Assembly: GCA_043228905.1 (NCBI GenBank)
Contig: JBHGNT010000010.1
Span: forward strand, 9,796,001-9,860,000
Direction: 5' to 3'
Source: Azolla caroliniana
Taxonomy: Eukaryota > Plantae > Polypodiophyta
DNA: 64,000 bases
Positions 23,283 to 34,800 of the stretch are shown one piece after another (the stretch's first letter is position 1; the number at the start of each line of letters is the position of its first letter). A program made the translations under genes and the position numbers. The notes below the pieces were generated by a model that had not been told where the DNA came from, made no database searches, and saw only the letters and a program-made list of their open reading frames with translations.

Positions 23283-23749
23283 ACGCGAACACCAAAGAGT
23301 GTGAGCAACCATGTGCGGTCCTCACCGGAGACACAAACACCAATGGATGTGAGCGACCCTGCACGGTCCTCACCGGGAACTAGAACACTTGAAGACTATG
23401 ACGGCTAGGCAAAGTAGTCTTGATGACGACAACAAGAGTGTTGAAGATGATGATTTCGAAGACGAAGCAATGAAGGCAATGATGTTGACGAAGTGACTTT
23501 GGACGCAATGACTTTGACTATGGAAATGATGGACGCAGAGAAAGAGATGAAGACGATAAGAAACATAGAGATCGAGGTGTTGAGGTTCTGAAGAAACACA
23601 GAGACACATATACAAAGAATGATAGAAAACACAAAGATAGGGATGAAGGTGATAGGAAACGCAGAGAAAGTGACGAAGATAATAAGAAACACATAGATAG
23701 AGATGAAAACGGTAGGAAACACAAGGAGAAGGATGACAATGACAAAAAA

Positions 23750-24480
23750 CGCAAAGATAGGGATGTGGAAGATGATAAGAAGTGCAGAGATAGAGATGAT
23801 GATGAGAAGAAACTAGGAGATAGGGATGTGGAAGATGATAAGAAGTGCAGAGATAGAGATGATGATGAGAAGAAACTAGGAGATAGAGATATGAAGGATG
23901 AGAAAAAACGCAAAGATAGGGATGTGGAAGATGATAAGAAGTGCAGAGATAGAGATGATGATGAGAAGAAACTAGGAGATAGAGATATGAAGGATGAGAA
24001 AAAACTAGGAGATAGGGATGTGGAAGATGATAAGAAGTGCAGAGATAGAGATGATGATGAGAAGAAACTAGGAGATAGAGATATGAAGGATGAGAAAAAA
24101 CGCAAAGATAGGGATGTGGAAGATGATAAGAAGTGCAGAGATAGAGATGATGATGAGAAGAAACTAGGAGATAGAGATATGAAGGATGAGAAAAAACTAG
24201 GAGATAGGGATGTGGAAGATGATAAGAAGTGCAGAGATAGAGATGATGATGAGAAGAAACTAGGAGATAGAGATATGAAGGATGAGAAAAAACGCAAAGA
24301 TAGGGATGTGGAAGATGATAAGAAGTGCAGAGATAGAGATGATGATGAGAAGAAACTAGGAGATAGAGATATGAAGGATGAGAAAAAACTAGGAGATAGG
24401 GATGTGGAAGATGATAAGAAGTGCAGAGATAGAGATGTGATGATGAGAAGAAACTAGGAGATAGATATGATAAGAAACTA
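23750..24480. repeat. Purine-rich minisatellite with higher-order structure (30+33+33 = 96-bp unit; 192-bp dimer)
   Basis: The ATGAAGGATGAGAAAAAACGCAAAG variant recurs at 23891, 24083 and 24275. Confidence 0.93.
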
Positions 24481-25554
24481 GGAGAGGAAAGACAAAGACG
24501 ATGATAAAAAGAAACTAAGAGATAGAGATGGCGAAACGAGAATACTATATTGATGTGTCAATGACTGATGTTGAGTCCCTTGAAAGGGACCAAGGAGCTT
24601 ACAAGTATTTATATTGTGAGTCGAAGTACATGCATTAGAATATTCGAGAGAATATTCTAGAACTTTCTAAAAACTCCTAGAACTTGAAATACATAATCTG
24701 CGAAGATATACATAACATGACCATATATTTGGACGTGTTGGTTAGAACATAACAATTGACTATATATAAAAGGTCAAGAGTTTAAATCTTGACATGATTG
24801 TTGTCATGTTTGTGACAGTCGGGCATGATTTTCTTCCAATATCCAGTGATATGGACTGAAGGTCGAAAAATGAGGGAGGATCCTCCCTTGCAAGAATGGC
24901 CGATCTGATCGTACCAAATCGCGATGTTAAGCCGTCGAGGCATATTTGCACCATTTCATCATCGTTGATGACGACGTTGATCGATCCAAGGGCATCTTGA
25001 TCGACATGTCCCTCTGTTGCATATTGTTTAACTCCTATCAGAGTTGGCGCTTACATGCAGTCATGTTGGCTGCGAAAATCTTCTTGAGATTGCCCCAAGC
25101 TTCTTTCAGCATTTTCGACTCTCGAATATAACCGAGCATCTGATCATGAACGCATGATGCAAGGCAATACAACACACGGATTGCAGCCTACTCCCATGCT
25201 AGGTAGTCGGTGTGTGTTGGGTTGGGTTGCGTTTCATGAATTCCTTTGATATAGCTCCAATAACCTTGTCCGACAAGGTATTGATGCATCTTGTATTCCC
25301 AAGATGCGAAGTTTGTCCTGTCGAGCTTCTTTGTAGGAAGAGCACTTCCCATCTAAGTGTTCATGATGTCGATTTCTTCTCTGTTGCTTGAACCGGTTTT
25401 GTTGATCGTCGGTGTGTAGCACAACACAGTTGAATAATCTTGATCAGACAACCACATGCTCCGGTACCATGTAAAGAGTGAGAGACGTAGATGGTATTGT
25501 GCAACGAAAGTGAGCTTTTTTTTTTTGTGTGTGTGTGTGTGTGTTCACGTAAGG

Positions 25555-25598
<44 letters not shown>

Positions 25599-25789
25599 TT
25601 AAACAAGAAGCTGTATATTAGTGAAAAAGTAGAATACATCCAATAGTAACTAAGTTACAAAGATTTGGTTTAAATACCAACTACTCTAGGGCAAGTGCCC
25701 TTTCTACTAATTTCAAAACTAGCCTAGTATGATTTCGATTGGCTAGTGTGAACACTATCTCAATGGGAAGTTGAGTTCGATTCTCAACA

Positions 25790-26440
25790 CAACTTGATGT
25801 GTATTCTGACAGTTAGAGTGCCATTCATTTGGCCAAGAACCAAGTCTTTCACTCACAGACGAAGCACATTGATGTTCGCTATCACTTTATGCAGGAAATT
25901 CTAGAAGAGGAGGAGATACTTCTCCAGAAGATTGATACTAAGGACAATCGTGTTGATATGTTAACCAAGGTAGTTACAAGGGCCAAGTTTGAACATTGTT
26001 TAAACTTGGTTAATATCTAACACATTTAAAGTTGGCGCTTAACGGCACAAATATGAAGGCACACTATTTTACTATTTGTTTGCTTGAGAAGCTTTGTATT
26101 TGGAAGGAATAAAGATAGTGCCAAGGTGGAGATTTGTTAACTTTTTGGCCCATTCTTTATCCCACATAGTTTGGGGTGGTGGTTTGAGAGTTATAAATAT
26201 GCTCCTCTTCCTCTTAGTTTTGCATCCTTAATTTTGTGTTCTTCTCTCCCAACCTTAATAGAGCATGCTACTTTGGAGGACGTAGGCTTATTTGGCCAAA
26301 CCTCGATAAATTCTAGTGTTGTTTTTCTCTCTCCTTCTTACTCTATATAATAGCTTTATTCTCAATTATATATTGTTATTTTGACGCTCTTCAAGACCGT
26401 TTCTCATAGTTAATAATCATATGACCAACCTTTTCATAGT
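25790..26440 (+). mobile_element. Old copia remnant (RNase H end, PPT, 3' LTR from ~26135)
   Basis: AKNQVFHSQTKHIDVRYHF...DMLTK; GCCAAGGTGGAGATT|TGT. Confidence 0.8.
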
Positions 26441-28075
26441 AAAAGCACTAATATGGCAAGCCTATGTACTCCACTTTCTGTGAACAAAAAACTCTATCCT
26501 CATTAGGAATAAAACCCTTAATAGGAAATGAATTCAATGATTGGACTAAAATTCTTGCATACACGAAACGGGATTCAAAGTGAAATTTTCTTGTGCCACA
26601 CTCTAACCTTCCAGCCAGAACTTTACCCCATTGTCCAACTATTAAGTTAAAACAAGGTGGATATTGTTTGGTGAATTAGGCAATAGAACCGAAACCCCTA
26701 GAGCAAGAGTCTCTTCAAGGCTGAAGAATGGCACCCCATTTTCATAGAAACCCTTGTCGAGGAAACCAACATCCAAAATGGTGCCCACTTTGCCTTGAGT
26801 ACGTCATGCAACATACCTCAAAGAAGTTGCCTATCAGGTTGGCGACCAATTACCTTACAGATAATCGACAACTTCTTCACACATTCTGTCTCATACTTGA
26901 CGGCCTCCAACACCTTTACTAAGAAAATAAACCATGTCACTTCGAGTAGATAGTAATCAATGATTGAATGTGCAATTATTACCCGCTAATGAAATCCATA
27001 GCAAGTTAGAATAAACATGGTATTCAAGCTTTGATGAATGAGTCCAAAGCATTGTCATAACAATCGCTTCTAACAAGTAGCAAGGTGTAGGACCCTAAAA
27101 AGTCAACTACTTATGAAACAATTGTGGGGATAGGCAACAATGGAGTATCAAGGTGAAGGGGGTTGTTTGATGTACTAGAGGAGTCAATTAATAGAATGTA
27201 CCAAACCAACCCACCAATGTTATTTAGGGAATGAGATCTTCGAATTCAATGCTCTATATTCAATATTCATACCTTTATCTAGCTGTAGTTATCTCAAACT
27301 ATATAAATTTATACATATTATTATGCCAGTAAAATCTCATGTTAGAGTTATTTGCATTAGATTAGGTCTGCATGAATTCAATTTGTAGACAAACTCAATC
27401 ATGCCTATCAATAAAATGTATGTTCAATATATTATAACTATTTACTTAACAATAATGAGAGGGAAATCTAATTAGTTGCTATATTATTGGAAACGAGTTT
27501 ATGCATAAATTAACAAAAATTGCCATGCCTCACCAAGATTAAATTACAACATTCTATGTAGGTGTTCCTTCGCTCTCACTCATATTGATCTTGCTCAGCA
27601 ACACAAGTATTGAATGCTAACAACTTCACCCATATCATCATATTATTGAATACGAGGTTTCAAAATATCTCAAAGAATTAGAATTTGGAATCCACCATAT
27701 ATAAGGGACAGATGCTTCCATATAGACCACAGCCTACGTGGTCGGGTGATGGTCAAGAGTGCACTAGCAAAGACCCTTGTCAGAGAATTTACACTACAGT
27801 TGTGTTCACCGACAAAATAGAATAGCTGATTCTGCACCAGCATAAACTTAAATCTAGAAAAGCTCATGTTTTTTACAGGCTGAGAATGATTGTACAATAT
27901 TTAGGTTGCCCCAATGTAATTTGCAAGGGAGAGGGCAAGATATAGTTAGGGTTTTATTTATTAGCATAGCTACATTGATTTGGAAACCTACTAGAACCTT
28001 TGAATATCCTCAGCCCAAGTAGGTTTAAAAAATATGGGTGATGGTCGTGAAGGAGAAAAGGGATTATCAAAATAA

Positions 28076-28800
28076 CTACACATGTGGACTGTGGTTCTGA
28101 AAAATCTGAATTAATCCTCCCAAGCTTGCAGTGACAATGACAAGCCCATGTGCTGCTGATACAACCGTTATCTTTTTTTCATCAATATTATCAACAGCAG
28201 CAGAGTGGAGCTTAGGTGAGCTCGTGACTTCTTGAAGGCTCTCTTCAGGCCATGTTGCTGACCCACTTCCGGTGGAAAAGAACCCACTCTGATTGTTTGA
28301 CAGACCCTGTGATAGCGCAGAACAATCTTCCAAATACCGATCCATGATTGAAGATGCATGGCTTACTGAAGCTGAGCTTCTGTCTGAATAGTCTACATCT
28401 CGATGAAACTCTGGACTACTTGACACAACTCTTTCATGCACTGAATTTGAATCTACACATAGAGATCCCAAATCGAACTTATTTACTAGTAAACCAGAAG
28501 GATTGCTGTTAAAATTTATCTCTGAATTGCTCCCATTTCTTTTGAGGATTGAAGAATCACCGTCATCCTTTCTTCCAGCTGGAATGGAAGATTTTTGAGG
28601 CCATGGTATTGCTACTGAAACATCTCGAACTGAGAAATGTTCATAGGCTCCTGGTACGGTATTTTTTTGTGGACTTTGTTGCTCAAGGTTTGTATCAGGA
28701 TATCTCCATATGCAAACACGTGAATCTTCACTTGCAGAGATTATATATGTTCCATCTGAGGTTAAAGATGCAGAAATTTGGCTCTTTGTGTTCCGTAAAC
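28076..28800 (-). CDS. WDR44-like exon 7 (terminal)
   Basis: CAG|..[11 protein letters not shown]...[12 protein letters not shown]; in frame with ORF 28076-28471 ending [15 protein letters not shown]. Confidence 0.88.
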
Positions 28801-31800
28801 CTGTAGAAAAATTTGGCTCTCTCTCTCTCTCTCATGGGCCAATTTTGGCCTTTGAAGACGTTAATATTTCTTTCTTTCTTTCTTTCTTTCTCTCTCCACC
28901 CACATACATGTGCTAAATTTTGGGGAAATCTGAAGGGGATGGCTCTCTCTCTCTCTCTCATGGGCCAATTTTGGCCTTTGAAGACGTTAATATATCTTTC
29001 TTTCTTTCTTTCTTTCTCTCTCCACCCACATACATGTGCTAAATTTTGGGGAAATCTGAAGGGGAAATTTGTTAAGAGTTATGGTGACTTAACTTTTGTG
29101 GACTTGGCTATGCATTGTAAGAATTTATATGAGCTACTAATTGTCAGAAAGATGATGTGGCTCTCTTTCACATATGCCTCCCTTCTTTATGCTTGAAAAT
29201 ATATGCATAGGCCTTAAGATATTGGCATCTTGAAAGACAAGTAATCTTAAATGTATAAAGGTTGAAATGTCGGCCAAAGGCAATCGATCTTCAATGTATG
29301 AAGGACGAAATACTCCAATGGCCGAGAAAGGAAACACACGCATGGATAAGTGATATGTTTAATCAGGCATTGCAACATAACATGCCCTACAATTGGACTA
29401 CGAATTAGATTTAACCTTTACACAAAGGTGGAGATGTAAATAATGTTAACAAATATCGAACCATCACGATTGGTTCACTAATGCCAAAACTATTTTGATG
29501 TATAATGGAATCAAAGGCAAGTGCAAGGGCTGAAAAAAATTATCAGAGGAGTTATGATCAAGGTGGCTCTCGAAAACATCATAGCACCATCAATCACCTT
29601 GTCACCCCTTGAAGTATTAATGGAAAAAATTTGCTTGAGAGGAATATGTTGCTTCATAGACTTCAAGAAAGCTTTTATTCGCTTGGCACCTTGAGTTCTT
29701 CAATGCACCTCCAGAGATGCTCACGCGGTACCATATCAAAAGCTTGCAGTTGCCCGAATCTAGGAATTGGCAACAGTTTGGTTTCAGCTTAACCTGTTTG
29801 GCCTAGTCCAAACCAAACTAGCTAAGCCTTAACCTGTTTGAGAGTTTTCAAACTTGCACCAAACTGGTTTAGTAGCCAGTTTAGCCAAACCGTTTAAGCC
29901 TCAACCGGTTTGTTCCTAAATGGTTCGGTTTAGGCTTGAGCCAAGCCAATGCCGACTCCTACCCAAATCCATGAGAAGGTTATATGTTGTGTGCGTATGG
30001 GCAATGAAATTTGAGATTTTTTCCAATAGCATTATTGGTGTTAAGTAAGGATGCCCACCCTCACCAACTATATTTGGTCTATGCATTGATAAATTAGAAC
30101 AAATGATTGTCAAGTTTATAAAGGAAGAAGGTATTGAAGAAGTTGTCATGGGGAATGTTATCATCATGCTTTTGTTGTATTCAAATGATGTGATACTTTT
30201 TGCAAATACCTTAGGAGATGCACAAAAGCTTATGAGGGCATTAAAAGAGTTTTGCATGCAGATGAAGTTGAGTGTCAATAACTCTAAAGCAAAGATTATG
30301 CTTGTGAAGAGCCAAAATAAGGACAAACCGTGCATTATCTGCAATTATAAGCTACTTGAAACTGTGGAAAGTTTTAAATACCTTGGCCTTAAAGTTCCTT
30401 CAAAATCATAGCTGGAAGTAGCAATCAGCAACAGTTCAGTTTGAACCGCAAAACTATGGCTTAAAGGCTTAAACGATTTGGTTCAAGCCTTTATCGGTTT
30501 AACGATTTTCGGTTTAAACGGTTGAAATGTTTTGACAGCTTAGGATTGACACTAGATAATTTTATTAAATATATTTTTTAACATTTTAAGCCTAATTTTG
30601 ATATTTTAAGAAAAAACTTTAAATTTTGAAATATTGAAAATTATAAAAAATTTTAAATTAAAATGTGAAATTTTTAATTTTGACCTTTAACTTGAAAACC
30701 AAAACCGAACCGCAAAACCCTGGTTTTAACGGTTTAAACGTTTAAAGGGTTGAAAGTCTCTAGAACTGTTCGGTTTAAATAGTTTCGATTTAAACGGTTT
30801 CATGGGAAGTTTCAACTTCTTTAACGGTCTGAGTTTGACACTCTTGGACCGAACCAAACTGTTGTCGATTGTTAGATGCAAGGAATGTGGTATCAGCTGC
30901 CTAGAGTGAGGAAAGAGAGCAACTTATGCATTTGAGAGCACATACAATCATGGAGAAACGAAGTGTTCAGTCCTCAAGCAATACCTTTTCGACACTTTGC
31001 AACGCCAATGTATCATGACATAGGAAAAGTGTGGAGACTCACGCTTCACACATTATACTACATATGTTGCACCTAACTACAAAACCATATTCTTTGCTAA
31101 ACAAAGAAAGTGCATATATCAATACGTGTTAGAGCCCATCCTTCTAAACCATTACTTCCATGTGACTTAGCTCACACTCACTACGATATGAGGCGAGGCA
31201 TTAGGGCACAAGTAATGAGAGGAGTCAACTATGTACACTTTGCCCTAAAAAGTCTGGGAATTTGAGTATCACAATTGATATCACGTTTTGCCTTTGATCA
31301 TATTCAATTATGCTTTCCGCACATCTTCAACCAAACATAATCCTTGCACGAATTTCTCTCCAATCACAATGTGCACTCTCGATTGTTACATTCATTAATA
31401 AGTTCTTGAACATCAAGAGTCGCTATTCACTTTCACATGTATTACATGAAAAAGTTATATTTTTGGTCTCATAGGTCGTATTTAATCTCTGAAGACAATA
31501 GTAAAATCTATTTATCTATCTCTTTAGACCCTAAAAAAATGTATCTAACCTCTATCTCCGACATTGTAATGGATACCCATCAAATGTAAGATTTGGCATA
31601 AAGGAGTTGATCAATGAATTGATATCATACTTCTCGTTGACACTCAAAGCATGATATAGATTCAAGGGTTGGGCAAATGCAATGTACTAGGTGAAAAATC
31701 CAAATTTCTAACTTTTATGTCTATCTCAATAGAAATCAACCCTCTGCCAATCTAGAAGATGATATCTTTCTTATTTCAAAGGTCAGGGGAAGTTATTGTC

Positions 31801-34800
31801 TTTGGTGACATGACGCTCGTACAAGAAGTTTACAACTTGATGCACTACAATCATTCATGCCACGTATCTCAATTTGGGAATTTGCAGTTGTACTGAAATG
31901 CTTATTGCAAATGGTGTATCCTTATGGCCCAACACATGGTTTTACATGTAGAAAAAACAATGGAAATAGTGTTATTAACTATGTCCTACTTTCCGAAGGT
32001 ATTTTGGATTGCATACACAAATTCTCACTTTGTGAATAGACATTGATGTCCAATCATAGGACCTTATGCATTGACCTCAAACGTATGAAAAGGTTCTGAC
32101 TGTGAAAAGGTCATTAAAGAAGGAAGAACCCGTATATAGAGAATATATTGTTTCTTTGCTAATTTCCTCGAGGCCTTTGACACTATACCATGTGCACAAT
32201 AAGTAATTGAGGAAATATGCATCATCACTTACACAATATAATCACATAACAAGTTGTCATGTCTTCGAGACATTTAGAGTTGGCCTTTGATGAGGCAACC
32301 TATGCATTACTCATCATTTCTAGCATACCACATCCAATCTACTCAAAACACTTCTCATAGCTATATATGTATGGTTGTCTATTCAAAAACAAGAGTTTCA
32401 ACTCATCAACATAGATACCTTTATGTTTGGAGCTGACTTTAGTACCATCATGTACACGGATTCTTGAATCACTAGATGTGATCAACACTTTATCATTGCT
32501 GCCAGGGATGAACTGTAAAAATAACAAAATATATCAGCCTGTTTATGTTATAAAAAGCTGATCTCATATTTCTAATATCCCTCTAAAAAGAAGAAAATGA
32601 AAACCTGAAGACCAGTTATCTTCTTTCCTTGTGATTGTTTGTATGTTTTCCTTTGTGGTTCATAGAACTTCTCAAATTGCAGTTTGTTATCCACTGCAAG
32701 GATAGATCTTTCCAAAATCAACAGTGCAAAAATGCAGACCAAATTTAGGTTTTCAAAACACTAAATTTCAGAAATCAAATTTGAAGTTAATGTGACTTAG
32801 AAAAAAAAGTTTCCTCCCAAGTATTTCCCAGCTTTCATGAACCTGTTTCAACCCTTTATCTTTCTGTGGCCAGATTATTGCTGTGATATTAGCTCATCTC
32901 ACATATGGTCAAGGGCTCAATTAAGTCTTTTTTTCTATGATTCTAAGTTCCTCCCAATTTAAGCCTCCAACTTTTCAAATTTATCGCCATGAGAAAAAGT
33001 ATTTCCCAGCTTTCATGAACCTGTTTCAACCCTTTATCTTTCTGTGGCCAGATTATAGCTGTGATATTAGCTCATCTCACATATGTTCAAGGGCTCAATT
33101 AAGTCTTCTTTTCTATGATTCTAAGTTCCTCCTAATTTAAGCCTCCACCTTTTCAAATTTATCGCCATGAGAAAAGAAAGATAGTTTTAACATTATTGTC
33201 AAGCAAGTTTTGCACAATTGGCTGCTACTTGGACATGAACTTCCCCCATGAGCAAAGATAGAAAGGTTGAATATTATTTCATTACATTAGGCAGAATTTG
33301 CATTCTTAGATGCTATTTGGATATCAATGGAAATATGTCCCTGGAACAAAAGAAAAACTTCCTGAATCCTCACTTACTGAACTAGCTTTATAAGTACTAA
33401 TAATTAGGCCACATGACAGTTTAACAGATCAAGACTCATTGCTGGAATGACTAAAGAGAAGCAAATGCCAAACAATACCTGACATCTTGAAGAAGCGACA
33501 AATCCCTTTATACGAACCCACAACAGCTCCCTGTAATGGTTACTTCGATATCTCAGAAAATGGAAAAACATTACATTAACAGATTTGAATAATGATCAAC
33601 AAATCAGGAGAAACCTGTCCATCGGGTGTATAGCATGCTGCAGTAACCATCTCATTCAGGTCAAACCAGTCTACAACCTGGCGATTTTTTATGTTCCATA
33701 TTCGCACCGTCCCATCCAATGAACCACTTATGAAGTAACCATCATCCACAGGGTTGAATTGAATGCATGTCACTGCCATTGGCAAAACAAGAAAACGATG
33801 AGATAAGACTGGATTTGATTCAACTTGTGCACTCTATAGCCATTATTATTCCTCCATCGCATTTACAGCGTAGGCAAAGAAGTTCTATAACAGTAAAAGG
33901 GATTAAGTTTCATAGGCATTTACCATAATCAGAATGTGTAAAGATCCTCAAGCATTCTCCCCTCAGAACATTCCATAAGCGCACTGTCTTATCCATAGAC
34001 GACGATAGTAAAACCTAGTACATGTGAAGGAAGCACTATAAGGCATGTGATTATCAAACAAACAATAAAATAATAGAGACTAATATCTATACAATGTGAT
34101 TAATAGGTATCGAAAGAATAAGAAAATATATAAAACTAGAATGCCTTGGTGGGACACGGAAATATCAGTCCAGCATTAAGAGAACATGTAACGCTGCTAA
34201 TGGTGAAAACAAATATTTATCTCCCTCCAGATTTGAGGGAAGTGGAGTACAGATGATGATCATGGAAATGTTTCACATTGCTGGAAGATGTTTCTAAAGA
34301 AGCTTTCTAAATTCATCTTGAGAAAATGGTCTTGTGATCGTAGATGGCCTCCGTAAGACTCCATCTATTGAGGTTTAACAATATACTCGTATCAAGTCAT
34401 GAACAGGACTTAAGAACCAACCATCTTCTAAAACATTATTCTAATCTTGAATGCTATATTTATTTTATTTGATATCAATCCAATGTTGAGTTGTAGGATA
34501 TATTTTGAGATCAAATTGATTAAGAACAAGCAAACTTAATTCCATTTTCATGTACGAAGATGATCTCATTATCTGAAACAAACCCTGACTTTTATCAAAT
34601 TCCAATCTTAGGTTTACATTTACGATGATACATTTTCATGTACAACATACTATATCAAGTTTTTGTAAGTTTTGCATGTCCTACTATGTGTTAAATATAA
34701 GCTCGTGAACTGTTTCATAAAAATTGTGTACAACCTAAGAATGTTCTCCTAACTGTTAACTATAAACTTATGAGTGGTTTCATGAAAATTATGTACCATC

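Larger units (their letters stand above)
14738..24817 (-). mobile_element. Non-autonomous LTR element F (TGTCA...TGACA) with nested insertions
   Basis: Perfect 5-bp TSD GTCGG (14733-14737 / 24818-24822); complete 3' LTR 14738-15219 with adjacent PPT; partial second LTR ~24520-24817; copia E gag rejoins across it. Confidence 0.88.
11281..25789 (-). mobile_element. Degenerate Ty1/copia element E, host of several nested insertions
   Basis: 5' LTR 25470-25789; PBS variant TGGTACCGGAGC next to it; gag 24823-25370; gag-PR-IN-RT 12188-14737; reading (KQAP|HA*HSKITQYLH) continues across the solo LTR into 11281-11316. Confidence 0.88.
29380..32200 (+). mobile_element. Fragmented RTE-like LINE relics in intron 6
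   Basis: [32 protein letters not shown] and an endonuclease-like SVINYVLLS fragment; many stops. Confidence 0.7.

Noticed and set aside
23518-24457. 230-aa D/K/R protein and 259-aa S/F/L antisense protein
   Set aside because: Open frames follow from stop-free repeat units; no ATG context or homology to support a gene
25770-25788. GAGTTCGATTCTC as an eighth tRNA-like module in the copia E LTR
   Set aside because: It matches a T-arm, but it is the GTTGAG/CTCAAC terminal hairpin common to these copia LTRs and has no well-spaced A-box
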